Source: Candidatus Desulfaltia sp. (GTDB lineage Bacteria; Acidobacteriota; Aminicenantia; Aminicenantales; UBA8522). From it: 59,020 bases of DNA. Each line of letters opens with the position of its first letter. Position 1 is the first letter of the stretch. Made by a program: the position numbers and the translations under genes. The stretch covers positions 1 to 59,020 of the forward strand of contig DATKXS010000184.1 in the NCBI GenBank assembly GCA_035528895.1, read 5' to 3'. This document shows, piece by piece, positions 19,034 to 27,744 of this stretch. The notes beneath the pieces were generated by a model. The model was not told the origin of the DNA and did not search any database. It saw only the letters and a program-made list of their open reading frames with translations.

Positions 19034-20287
19034 ATGAAAAAACGAAAATTGGGCGTCGGCATCATCGGCGGAGGTTTCGTCGCCGGGTTTCATATCCGTT
19101 CCTGGGTCGGCGTCCGCGATGCGGATATTTTGGGGATCTATGACCCCGACAGGAAAAGGGCCGAAGAGGCGGTCGGCATCGCCCGGAAGCTCGAGGTGGG
19201 TGACGCCAAGTCCTACAAGTCGATCACCGATATGATCGCTGATCCCAGGATCGACGCCATCTGGATCTGCGCCCCGAACTTCACCCGGCTGGAAGTCACT
19301 GAAGAGATCGTCCACGCTTTAGAGAAAGGGAAAGGGGACCTGACCGGCGTCTGCTGCGAGAAGCCGCTCGGCCGGAACGTCAAGGAGGCGCGCCGGATGT
19401 TGGAGCTTGTCAGGAAAGCGAAGCTTCTCGACGGCTACCTGGAAAACCAGGTCTTCGCGCCGGCTGTCGTGCGGGGCAAAGGCATCATCTGGGCCCGTGG
19501 GGCGACTCTATCAGGGCGTCCGTATCTCGCCCGGGCGGCCGAGGAGCACAGCGGACCGCACATGCCCTGGTTCTGGGAAGGCTCCCTCCAGGGTGGCGGT
19601 GTGCTTAACGACATGATGTGTCATTCCGTCGAAGTGGCCCGCTTCCTGCTGACCCCGCCCGGGGCGCCGCGGGGCGTGCTGACACCCGTTAAAGTCAACG
19701 CCTACGCCTCCTGCCTGAAATGGCAGAACCCGGAATACGCCAAGGTCCTCCGCGATCAGAGCGGCGGCAAGACCGATTATCTCAAGCGGCCGGCCGAGGA
19801 CTTCGCCCGCTCCCTCATCGAATACAGGGACGAGAAGGGAAACGTGGTCGTCGTCGAGACGACGACCTCTTGGTGCTATGTCGGTGCCGGATTGCGTCTG
19901 AGCATGGAGCTCCTCGGGCCCGAATACGCCCTCCAGATCAACACCCTCGACGCCGGGCTCAAGGTCTTCTTCAGCCGGAAGGTCAAGGGGAAGGCCGGGG
20001 AGGACCTGGTGGAGAAACAGAACGCCGAGGTCGGCCTCATGCCCGTGGTGGCCGATGAGGAAAACGAGTACGGCTACCAGGCGGAGGACCGGCACATGGT
20101 CCAGTCTTTCCTCAAGGGCGCGCGTCCGAACGAGAATTTCGACGACGGCCTCAACGTGACCGAGCTTCTGATGGCCGCCTACATGAGCGCCGAGCGGGAT
20201 AAGACCCTGGCCTTCCCACCGCCGGGGTTGGCGAACTTCATTCCGGCCGTCGCGCAGGGAACCTGGAACCCGAAGAGCAGCAGATAA
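19034..20287 (+). CDS. Gfo/Idh/MocA family oxidoreductase
   Basis: GVGIIGGGFVAGFH Rossmann motif, CEKPLG and GGGVLNDMMCH. Confidence 0.9.
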   Translation: MKKRKLGVGIIGGGFVAGFHIRSWVGVRDADILGIYDPDRKRAEEAVGIARKLEVGDAKSYKSITDMIADPRIDAIWICAPNFTRLEVTEEIVHALEKGKGDLTGVCCEKPLGRNVKEARRMLELVRKAKLLDGYLENQVFAPAVVRGKGIIWARGATLSGRPYLARAAEEHSGPHMPWFWEGSLQGGGVLNDMMCHSVEVARFLLTPPGAPRGVLTPVKVNAYASCLKWQNPEYAKVLRDQSGGKTDYLKRPAEDFARSLIEYRDEKGNVVVVETTTSWCYVGAGLRLSMELLGPEYALQINTLDAGLKVFFSRKVKGKAGEDLVEKQNAEVGLMPVVADEENEYGYQAEDRHMVQSFLKGARPNENFDDGLNVTELLMAAYMSAERDKTLAFPPPGLANFIPAVAQGTWNPKSSR

Positions 20288-20358
20288 GGAATCTGGAGCC
20301 GGGGCGCGGTCAAGAAAACGACGATCCAGGGCTTGACCTAAGAGCTGCGGCGATTCTC

Positions 20359-20556
20359 TCAAGAAGACTTTGGAACACTGTTCACCACTCTGGCGATTTT
20401 AAGGTCTATTTCCAATCCGGATAGGACGTTTTTAGGGGGGAGCACCCCCAGCAGGATCGCCTCGTTATACATGGCCTCGACAAGGCGGAAATTCTCCAAA
20501 ATATCGACCTTTTCTGATCGAATGATCTCCAGTTCAAATTTTTGAGTCGTCCTCAT
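20359..20556 (-). CDS. Small hypothetical protein, putative antitoxin-like partner of a nucleotidyltransferase
   Basis: MRTTQKFELEIIRSEKVDILENFRLVEAMYNEA..GLEIDLKIARVVN. The AT-richer segment overlaps a truncated second ORF (GTG at 20378). The family assignment is from memory only. Confidence 0.5.
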   Translation of the reverse strand: MRTTQKFELEIIRSEKVDILENFRLVEAMYNEAILLGVLPPKNVLSGLEIDLKIARVVNSVPKSS

Positions 20557-20639
20557 ATGTATATATATGCATGTTTTATGCATTTATATCAAGGCCAGAA
20601 AAAATGGCTCTTCATGGCTCTGCTGCCACCCCGCAGGCC

Positions 20640-20750
20640 AAAGATCCCCCTCCTCCCCACCTCCTCCCACCAGGGGAGGAGGGTTTGGGGTGGACAGTTT
20701 GTTCCTTCCCCCTTTGTTCTTTCACTTTTGTTCCTTCCCTTTAGACTTTG
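20640..20750. repeat. REP-like hairpin plus short direct repeats
   Basis: CCTCCTCCC-accag-GGGAGGAGG hairpin and two copies of TTTGTTCCTTCCC. Confidence 0.5.
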
Positions 20751-20821
20751 AGAGGAAGAGAGGTGGGGGAATCTCCTAAGTAACAACGCCAATAAAAGAC
20801 GACGGAAAAACAATATGATTC

Positions 20822-21316
20822 TCAGCGGCCGGAGGCCAGCTTCTTTTTCGTATGCTCGATTAGGCCGCCGGCCTCGATGATGCCGATGACCGACTCGGGA
20901 AGCGGGAAGAATTTGAAGACGCGGCCGCCCGAGATGATCTTCCCTCCCGCGAAGTCAATTTCGACCTCGTCGCCCGTCTTCAGCGCATCCGACGCCTCCT
21001 CGCACTGGAGAACGGCTAACCCCAAATTAATAGCATTTCGAAAATAGATCCGCGCAAACGACTTGGCGACTACAGCCTGGACTCCCGCCGCCCTCAGGCA
21101 CGCCGCCGCCTGCTCCCGCGAGCTCCCGCAGCCGAAATTCTTTCCTCCCACGACCACATCGCCGGGCTTGACGTTCCTAGCGAAATCGGGATCGAGGTCT
21201 TCCATGGCGTGCTTGGCCATTTCGGCCGGCTCCATGATCTTGTAGGTGTACCGCCCCGGAAAAATGACGTCGGTGTTGACATCGTCCCCGTACTTCCAAA
21301 CGCGTCCTTTGCTCAT
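20822..21316 (-). CDS. leuD: LeuD/HacB-type dehydratase small subunit, copy 2
   Basis: [33 protein letters not shown] and [14 protein letters not shown]. Confidence 0.93.
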   Translation of the reverse strand: MSKGRVWKYGDDVNTDVIFPGRYTYKIMEPAEMAKHAMEDLDPDFARNVKPGDVVVGGKNFGCGSSREQAAACLRAAGVQAVVAKSFARIYFRNAINLGLAVLQCEEASDALKTGDEVEIDFAGGKIISGGRVFKFFPLPESVIGIIEAGGLIEHTKKKLASGR

Positions 21317-22566
21317 CGGTGTTTCCTCGGGTCAGTGATCTTGCCTTCGAGCGCGGAGGCGGCAGCTGTAGCCGGAGAAGCCAGGTAGATCTCGGAGTCT
21401 CGGTTTCCCATCCGGCCCCGGAAATTCCGGTTCGAAGTGCTGACCACGACCTCGCCCGCCGCCAGCAGGCCCTCGTGGGCGCCGAGGCAGGGCCCGCATC
21501 CGGGGTTGAGAATGACGCATCCCGCTTCGGATAAGATTTCGAGCAGGCCTTTCCGCATAGCTTCAACATAAACTTCCCGCGATGCGGGGAGCACGAGCGC
21601 CCGGACGCCCGGATGGACCTTTTTCCCTTTCAGGATCCCGGCCGCGACCTCGAAGTCCTCCAGGCGGCCGTTCGTGCACGTCCCGATGAGTGCCTGGTGG
21701 AAGGGCTTGCCCTCGACTTCGCGAACGGGCTTGACGTTGTCCACGGTATGAGGGCAGGCGACCTGCGGCTCGAGCACAGACAGGTCATATTTCAGAATCG
21801 CCTCGTACTTGGCATCTTTATCTGACCGGACAACCTCGTAATCGGCCCGGGCCCGCGCCTTCACCCACTCGAGCGTCTTCTCGTCCGGCTCGAAATAGCC
21901 GTTTTTGGCCCCCATCTCGGCGGCCATGTTGGCCAGGACCATGCGCGAGGCCAGGCTGAAATCCCCGGCCGCCAGACCGGCGAATTCGACGGCCTCGTAG
22001 TTCGCCCGGTCGGCGCCGTTATCGCCGATGACCTTGAGGATGACGTCCTTGGCATAAACGCCGGCCGGTAGCTTCCCGGAAAACTCGATCCGCAGCGTTT
22101 CCGGCACGCGCAGCCAGATTTCGTCTGTTGCCCAAATCGAGGCCGCTTCGGTCCGGCCGATCCCGGCCGCGAACGCCCCGAAAGCCCCGTAGGTCGTGGT
22201 ATGGGAATCGCTCCCGACGATGAGCTTTCCGGGAAGGGCGAAGCTCGCCTCGCTCAGGACCTGGTGGCAGACGCCGTGCTGGATGTCGAAGAAATTGGGC
22301 AGGCCCTGGACAGCCACGAACTCGCGGATGGTCTTGTGGTTCTGGGCGTACTTCTCGTCGGCCGCCGGGACGATGTGGTCGAGGATGATGACCAGCTTCC
22401 CGGGCGCCTTGACACGCTCCACGCCCAGTTTCTTGAACTCGCCGATGATGGCGGCCGAGTTGTCGTGGGAAAGGCAGTAGTCGGGAGCGACGGTCACGAC
22501 CTCGCCGGCGCTGACCTCTTTGCCGGCCTTCTTGCCGAGGATCTTTTCCGAGAATGTCTTGCCCAC
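21313..22566 (-). CDS. leuC: LeuC/HacA-type aconitase-family dehydratase large subunit, copy 2
   Basis: LSHDN, LDHIVP, GSDSHT, GTCTNGR, PGCGPCLG and NRNFRGRMG. GTG start with an AGGAGG RBS. Confidence 0.93.
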   Translation of the reverse strand: MGKTFSEKILGKKAGKEVSAGEVVTVAPDYCLSHDNSAAIIGEFKKLGVERVKAPGKLVIILDHIVPAADEKYAQNHKTIREFVAVQGLPNFFDIQHGVCHQVLSEASFALPGKLIVGSDSHTTTYGAFGAFAAGIGRTEAASIWATDEIWLRVPETLRIEFSGKLPAGVYAKDVILKVIGDNGADRANYEAVEFAGLAAGDFSLASRMVLANMAAEMGAKNGYFEPDEKTLEWVKARARADYEVVRSDKDAKYEAILKYDLSVLEPQVACPHTVDNVKPVREVEGKPFHQALIGTCTNGRLEDFEVAAGILKGKKVHPGVRALVLPASREVYVEAMRKGLLEILSEAGCVILNPGCGPCLGAHEGLLAAGEVVVSTSNRNFRGRMGNRDSEIYLASPATAAASALEGKITDPRKHR

Positions 22567-22595
22567 TCTTCCCCTCCTTAACCTTTCCCTACTCA

Positions 22596-22895
22596 GGAGA
22601 ATGAGGATTTGGGCAAGTTAGCCCATTTGTTTTTCCAAGGGTGAGGGATGTATGGTGAGAAGTCCGTATGAGCGACGAGCGGGTACTCCTTATTGCGGCA
22701 AGGCGAGAGGCAGTGGCATGAGAAACCCGTATGAGGAGTGAGCGGGCACGATTTCTCGATCGCAGGGAGAGAAGAGCGAACGACGAATCGAGCCCGTTTT
22801 CCGCGCTGGGAGAAAACGGGCGCGGTTTCGATGCCACTATCTCGAGCCTTCCGCTCAGTCTTTGACGGGCTGACTTAACCAAATCCTCATTCTCC
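22596..22895. mobile_element. MITE (non-autonomous insertion element), 300 bp
   Basis: 28-bp terminal IRs, perfect for the first 17 bp: GGAGAATGAGGATTTGG..AAGT.AGCC / GGCT.ACTT..CCAAATCCTCATTCTCC. No transposase inside. It lies between two co-oriented genes. Confidence 0.8.
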
Positions 22896-22896
22896 C

Positions 22897-23430
22897 TTAA
22901 CCCTTGAGCACATCGAAGTTGACGAAGTCGGCGTGGTTGACGATGATGGCCTCGACCGTCCGGCGCGACCCATCCCCTTCTTTGGAATGGGCGGCGATGA
23001 TGTGGACGACCTCCTGGGGAAGGCCGTGGGCGAAAGCAAATGCCGCCCCGGAGATGGGATGGCGCAGCAGCTCTCCTTCCCGGCTCTTGACGAACTCCCC
23101 CTTCTCCCGCTTGTATTCGAAGAGCTTGCCGACGTCATGAAGGATGGCTCCGGAAAGAAGATGATCGCGGTGGATGGCGATCTTGCCCGGGTACTCCGCC
23201 AGCAGGACCTCGGCGATCTTCAGGGCCGCCAGGGTGACGGCCCGGGTGTGGGTGATGAGGTTGACATCGGTGTGCTTGATCAAGAGCGTGAAGGGCATCT
23301 CGGCTAAATCCTTAATCCCCCAGCCGGCCCGCTCCATCGCCTCCACCCAAACCTTGATGGTCTTCTCCCGAAGCTCCGCGTCCTTGATAAGCTGGAGCTC
23401 GGGCAGCAGCGCCTCCAATTGCTTTCTCAT
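22897..23430 (-). CDS. HD-domain (HDIG-like) metal-dependent phosphohydrolase
   Basis: THTRAV, AILHDVGKLFEY, HPISGA, IIAAH and HADF. ATGA-coupled to the citryl-CoA lyase gene. Confidence 0.88.
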   Translation of the reverse strand: MRKQLEALLPELQLIKDAELREKTIKVWVEAMERAGWGIKDLAEMPFTLLIKHTDVNLITHTRAVTLAALKIAEVLLAEYPGKIAIHRDHLLSGAILHDVGKLFEYKREKGEFVKSREGELLRHPISGAAFAFAHGLPQEVVHIIAAHSKEGDGSRRTVEAIIVNHADFVNFDVLKG

Positions 23431-24206
23431 GGGATCTCTCTTTCTCCCGGCCCGTCGTACTCATGGTCGGACGGGTGGATCTTGCGCATGGGCTTCATCC
23501 TGGTCTTCTCTTCCTGGATGTGGGCGACGAGTCCCGGCACCCGGGATATGATGAAGAAGGCGTTGCCGATCTCGGCCGGGATGCCGAGATCGCAGAGCAG
23601 GGCAGCTATGGCGCCGTCCACGTTGATCGGCAGCGGCTTGCCGCTCTCCCTGAATATCTTTTCGACGATCCGGGCGATGCGGACGTAGCGGCCGGCCAGT
23701 TTCAGCTCTTCCGCCATGGCGAAGAGCTTCTCTGTTCGGGGGTCCTGGGTGTGGACGCGGTGGCCGAACCCGGAAGCGCGCTCGCCCCTCGTTCTCATCT
23801 CGGCCAGGATCTCCTGGGCCGCTTCTTCTACCGTGATCTTCATCTCTTCCGTCCGCTTGGAGATGGCCTGGAAGAGCTTCATCCCCTCCTCGATGGCCCC
23901 GCCGTGGAGGCGGGAGATGGCCAGCACCCCGGCCGCGATGGCGGCATGGAGCTCGGCCCCGGTCGAGGCGACGGTGCGGGCAGCAAGGACCGACGGCGGA
24001 CCGGCGCCGTGGTCGACCGAGGAAACGAAGACAGCGTCGAGGAGCTTCCCGACCTCGGGCGAAGGCAACTCGCCCTTGAGGACAAGGTAGATCGCCTGAG
24101 AAAAGGTGATCTTTCCCATCAGCTGGTCGATGGGATAGCCGCGCAGCTGGACCTTATTCGGCTGGACGCTGGTGATTCCGGTTTTCCAATGAAGATCTTC
24201 GGCCAT
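23427..24206 (-). CDS. ccl: Citryl-CoA lyase (citrate-synthase-fold, Ccl-like)
   Basis: WKTGIT..LRGYPIDQL, SVDHGAGPPS, LHGGAIE, GFGHRVHTQDPR, INVDGA and SRVPGLVAH. About 260 aa, the small-domain type. Confidence 0.85.
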   Translation of the reverse strand: MAEDLHWKTGITSVQPNKVQLRGYPIDQLMGKITFSQAIYLVLKGELPSPEVGKLLDAVFVSSVDHGAGPPSVLAARTVASTGAELHAAIAAGVLAISRLHGGAIEEGMKLFQAISKRTEEMKITVEEAAQEILAEMRTRGERASGFGHRVHTQDPRTEKLFAMAEELKLAGRYVRIARIVEKIFRESGKPLPINVDGAIAALLCDLGIPAEIGNAFFIISRVPGLVAHIQEEKTRMKPMRKIHPSDHEYDGPGEREIP

Positions 24207-24216
24207 TGTCTTTCCC

Positions 24217-25125
24217 TCACTGACTCTGGATCGATCCGGCAAGCTCCTTGGCCTTGACGGGAATATCGGAGATCGCCTCGACGACGTGCGCGCCGACCTC
24301 GCGCAGCCTCCTCACCTTGGTTTCGTGGGAGCCGCGCGAGCCTTCGACGATGGCCCCGGCATGGGAGAAGCGCGTCCCCGACTTGGCCGCTTTGCCGCCG
24401 ATGTAGGCGATGAGGGGTTTGGTGAACCGGCCGCTTTCGATCAGGTCGGCCACCCGCTCCTCCTGGGACGTCCCGATCTCCCCGAACATCACGGCCATCT
24501 TCGTCTCCGGGTCCTCCTCGAAGAGCACCATGATCTCGGGATGGGAGAGGCCGATGACGGCGTCTCCGCCGACATGGACGATGGTGCTCTGGCCCAGGCC
24601 GGCCTGGGTGAGATAATAGGAGATGGCCGAGGTCATGCCGCCGCTCCGGGAGCTGACGCCCACAAACCCGGGCCTGAACCATTCCTTGGCCCGCTCGGCG
24701 CGTCCGCCGATCATCCCCAGGACCGCTTTGCCCGGGCTGACCAGGCCGAGGGTGTTGGGGCCGACGAAACGCGCGCCTTTCTCGGCGGCCCGGGCGGCGA
24801 TCTCCAGGACGTCATGGATGGGCACGCGGTCGGGGACGATGACGAGAAGCTTCACTCCCGCGTCGATGGCCTCGAGAGCGGCTCCCCTGACCAGGGCGGC
24901 GGGGACGAAGATGACGCTGACGTCCATCGACCCCTGTTTCTCCCAGGCCTGGAGCACGGAATCATAGACCGGGATGCCGTAAACATCCTGGCCGCCGCGG
25001 CCGGGCGTCACTCCGGCGATGACTTTCGTCCCGTAATCCTTCATCAACTGCGCCCGGACCATGCCCTCCCGGCCGGTGATGCCCTGGATGATGACCCGCG
25101 ACTTCTCATTCACCAAGATGGCCAT
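24217..25125 (-). CDS. sucD: Succinyl-/citryl-CoA synthetase alpha-type (SucD/CcsB-like) subunit
   Basis: IQGITGREG, GVTPGRGG, GPNTLG, SRSGGMT, GEIGTSQEE and the phospho-His motif RFSHAGAI. Confidence 0.85.
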   Translation of the reverse strand: MAILVNEKSRVIIQGITGREGMVRAQLMKDYGTKVIAGVTPGRGGQDVYGIPVYDSVLQAWEKQGSMDVSVIFVPAALVRGAALEAIDAGVKLLVIVPDRVPIHDVLEIAARAAEKGARFVGPNTLGLVSPGKAVLGMIGGRAERAKEWFRPGFVGVSSRSGGMTSAISYYLTQAGLGQSTIVHVGGDAVIGLSHPEIMVLFEEDPETKMAVMFGEIGTSQEERVADLIESGRFTKPLIAYIGGKAAKSGTRFSHAGAIVEGSRGSHETKVRRLREVGAHVVEAISDIPVKAKELAGSIQSQ

Positions 25126-25190
25126 GATATTTGATCTCTTTGCTCTCCGTTATTCATTGTTCTTATTCTTATTATGTTCTATGTGAGTTA

Positions 25191-26756
25191 TCAGGTTTCC
25201 CTTTTGACGGCGATGATCTTGTCTCTATACTCTTTGAGTCCGGGGATGGGAAGACGGATGACGATCGCGTCCTGTTCGTGGAACTTGCAGAAAATTTCGC
25301 AGGCCAGACATTCAGTGCACTTGCCTTTCTTGGCCTCCTCCGGAGAGACGGCTAAAACCGGCTTCCCGTCCTCGATCTTCAAGATCTTGGGAAGGCAGGC
25401 CGGGACGCAGCCCTTGGTCCGGCAATCCGCGCATTTGACATGGTCGAAGGAGATGCGGCCGGTGACCGTCTCGAAGACATAGGCTTTCTCGGGAACCGCG
25501 GGTTCGACGATCGGCCGCACTTCATGGCGCCCGTCCGGATTCTTCGCTACCAGCTCTTCGAGCCGGCGGGCGCAGAATTCGGGCGTATCGTCACGACCGT
25601 ACCCCTCGACGACACCCGGGATTTCCTTCAAATAAGTCTGCAGGATCCAGATCGCCCTTTCTTCGAAATTCCCGCCCAGCCGGATGACCGCGGGGATGGC
25701 CAGTCGCTCCTCCTGGAAGGCCTTGACCAGGCCGCGCGCCGAATGGAACTGCTCCTGGCTGGCGACCCCCGATCCCGAGGCGAAATAGCCCCTGATCCCG
25801 GGCTGGGAGAGGATGATCTTGGCGGCCCGGTAGACCTTGCTGGCCGGAGGGTTGCCGCTCGTGTCGCAAAAATTGGCCAGCTTGAACCCGCGGTTTAGGA
25901 CCGCGTCCATCGACATCATCGACCCGCCGCCACCGGCGCCATGGAAGCCGATGTATTTCTCGTTAGCGGCCGTTTGTTCGACCATCTGGAAGAAGTAGAA
26001 GGTCCCGCGGTAGTCTTTTTCCTCGACCCGGTAGGCGATCTTCTCCAGCTCGGTCGGCGGCCGGTCGAACTCCCGCGCCACCTCGATCCCGAACTCGGGA
26101 TGGCGGTAAACAGCATAGTCATCGATGATAAGGTGACAGTCGGCGGCGAACAGATTTCCCTCTGCCGTGAGGACAAGAGGGTTGATCTCGGCCGAGCGGG
26201 CGTCACTCGAGCGGGCGATTTTATAGAGCTTGGTCAGGAGATCGGACAGCTTCGGCAGGAGCGCGCCCTCGATCCCCACCCGGAGGAGCATGTTCCGCGC
26301 GTCGTACTCAGGAAATCCCTTGAGGACGTCGATAGTCTGGCGGGCGACTTTTTCCGGATGGAGGCGGGCGATCTCCTCCACGCCGGTGCCTCCGACCGGG
26401 CTGAAGATGAGAAGCGGCCGTTTGGAAGCGTCATCGATGACCACCCCGGTGAAATACTCGGCCTGGATGTCCAATTTTTCTTCCACCAGGATCCGGTCGA
26501 CGACGAAATTCTTGACCTTCATCCCCAGGAGCCCGCGGGCCTTGGTTTCCACCTCCTCGGGTGTGGCGGCAAACTGGATCCCGCCGACCCCCGCCCGTCC
26601 GGTCACCCAGACCTGGATCTTGAGGACAACCGGCCGGCCGATCGTCTCGGCGATGCCGCGGGCTTCCTCGGGGGTGGAAGCCACACCTCCCGCCGGGACA
26701 GGAATGCCCCCTTGCTTCAGCAGCTTCTTGCCCTGGTACTCGAACAGTCTGGCCAT
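25191..26756 (-). CDS. sucC: Succinyl-/citryl-CoA synthetase beta-type (SucC/CcsA-like) ATP-grasp subunit fused to a C-terminal 2x[4Fe-4S] ferredoxin-like domain
   Basis: LFEYQGKKLL, GRAGVGGI, EINPL, GAGGGGSMMSMD and DTSGNPP. C-terminal CADCRTKGCVPAC and CTECLACEIFC. Confidence 0.85.
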   Translation of the reverse strand: MARLFEYQGKKLLKQGGIPVPAGGVASTPEEARGIAETIGRPVVLKIQVWVTGRAGVGGIQFAATPEEVETKARGLLGMKVKNFVVDRILVEEKLDIQAEYFTGVVIDDASKRPLLIFSPVGGTGVEEIARLHPEKVARQTIDVLKGFPEYDARNMLLRVGIEGALLPKLSDLLTKLYKIARSSDARSAEINPLVLTAEGNLFAADCHLIIDDYAVYRHPEFGIEVAREFDRPPTELEKIAYRVEEKDYRGTFYFFQMVEQTAANEKYIGFHGAGGGGSMMSMDAVLNRGFKLANFCDTSGNPPASKVYRAAKIILSQPGIRGYFASGSGVASQEQFHSARGLVKAFQEERLAIPAVIRLGGNFEERAIWILQTYLKEIPGVVEGYGRDDTPEFCARRLEELVAKNPDGRHEVRPIVEPAVPEKAYVFETVTGRISFDHVKCADCRTKGCVPACLPKILKIEDGKPVLAVSPEEAKKGKCTECLACEIFCKFHEQDAIVIRLPIPGLKEYRDKIIAVKRET

Positions 26757-26894
26757 CGTCCTATCCTGAAGGCTAATATTATTGAAGCTGGCGCGGATAA
26801 AGTCAACGGGGACGCGTCATGATCGCAACGTCTTGATTGACCGGCCTTTTACGGAAACGAGATCATTTTCTGCCGAGAGGAAAAAGCAAGGCCT

Positions 26895-27743
26895 TCACTC
26901 GATCCAGATCTTGATGATCCGGGTTTTGTCATCCCGGGGCCGGATCTCGATGATGTTTCCCCTAATCCGGGTCAGTTGATGGACGATCTTGTCCAGGTCA
27001 TACCCTTCGGCCCTTAAAGCGGCCTTGTCCTTTTCCGGGATGGCCTGAAAAGCCAGGTCCGCCAGCGCCCAGGGGATATTGAGCGAAAACACGGGCTCTC
27101 TCTGCCCTTCGACGACGACGGTGATCCTAAGGGCTCTGGCCCTCCCCCGCTCTTCCTGGTCCTCGATATGTTTCAGGGCGTCAGGAGATATCCTCAATAG
27201 TGCGATCTTCGCCCTATCCCTGAGTTCCTTGTCGCCCTCCTCGACGATGATCCTCTCCAGCACCGGAATGGCCTGGACGGCGATCTGTTTATCCTTCAGC
27301 AGGCTCAGTTTGAAGGCGGCGTAATACCGGATGACGCGGTTGGGATTTTCCAGGCGCTGCTCGATTTCGTCCAGGTAGTCCTCCTCATCGTCCTTATAAA
27401 GCTCATAGGCGAGGTCGATGATGGAGGATTCCGCCTCCTCGGCCAGGCTGTCGTTTCTCCGCTTGCCCGAAAGATAATCCTTGTACGCCTCGATGGCTTC
27501 TTCCTCGTGGCCCTTTCGCCTGGCCAGACACTGGGCCCTGTAGAAGGTCGCCTGGGGGAGCAGAGAGCTTTCGGGATAGTCGTGCAGGAGATCTTCGAAC
27601 TTCTCCTGGGCGTCTTCCCATTTCTCGTCGAAGAAGAGAAGCTTGGCCTCCTGGAAGAGCTTCTCATCCGAAGACTCCTGGGCGGTCGCCCGGACGCAGA
27701 CGAGACCCGCCAGGATGATTATGATAAGGGCTGTTTTTCTCAC
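26895..27743 (-). CDS. Exported TPR/HEAT-repeat protein associated with the ECF sigma locus
   Basis: Signal peptide. BamD-like TPR (AQEKFEDLLHDYPES..ATFYRAQC) followed by HEAT-like helices. Confidence 0.7.
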   Translation of the reverse strand: MRKTALIIIILAGLVCVRATAQESSDEKLFQEAKLLFFDEKWEDAQEKFEDLLHDYPESSLLPQATFYRAQCLARRKGHEEEAIEAYKDYLSGKRRNDSLAEEAESSIIDLAYELYKDDEEDYLDEIEQRLENPNRVIRYYAAFKLSLLKDKQIAVQAIPVLERIIVEEGDKELRDRAKIALLRISPDALKHIEDQEERGRARALRITVVVEGQREPVFSLNIPWALADLAFQAIPEKDKAALRAEGYDLDKIVHQLTRIRGNIIEIRPRDDKTRIIKIWIE

Positions 27744-27744
27744 C

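Noticed and set aside
15854-22566. Calling the leuC/D/B-like genes a leucine biosynthesis operon
   Set aside because: There is no leuA or ilv gene, the pairs are duplicated and divergent, the dehydrogenase motif is NADP-type, and the genes are linked to citryl-CoA enzymes.
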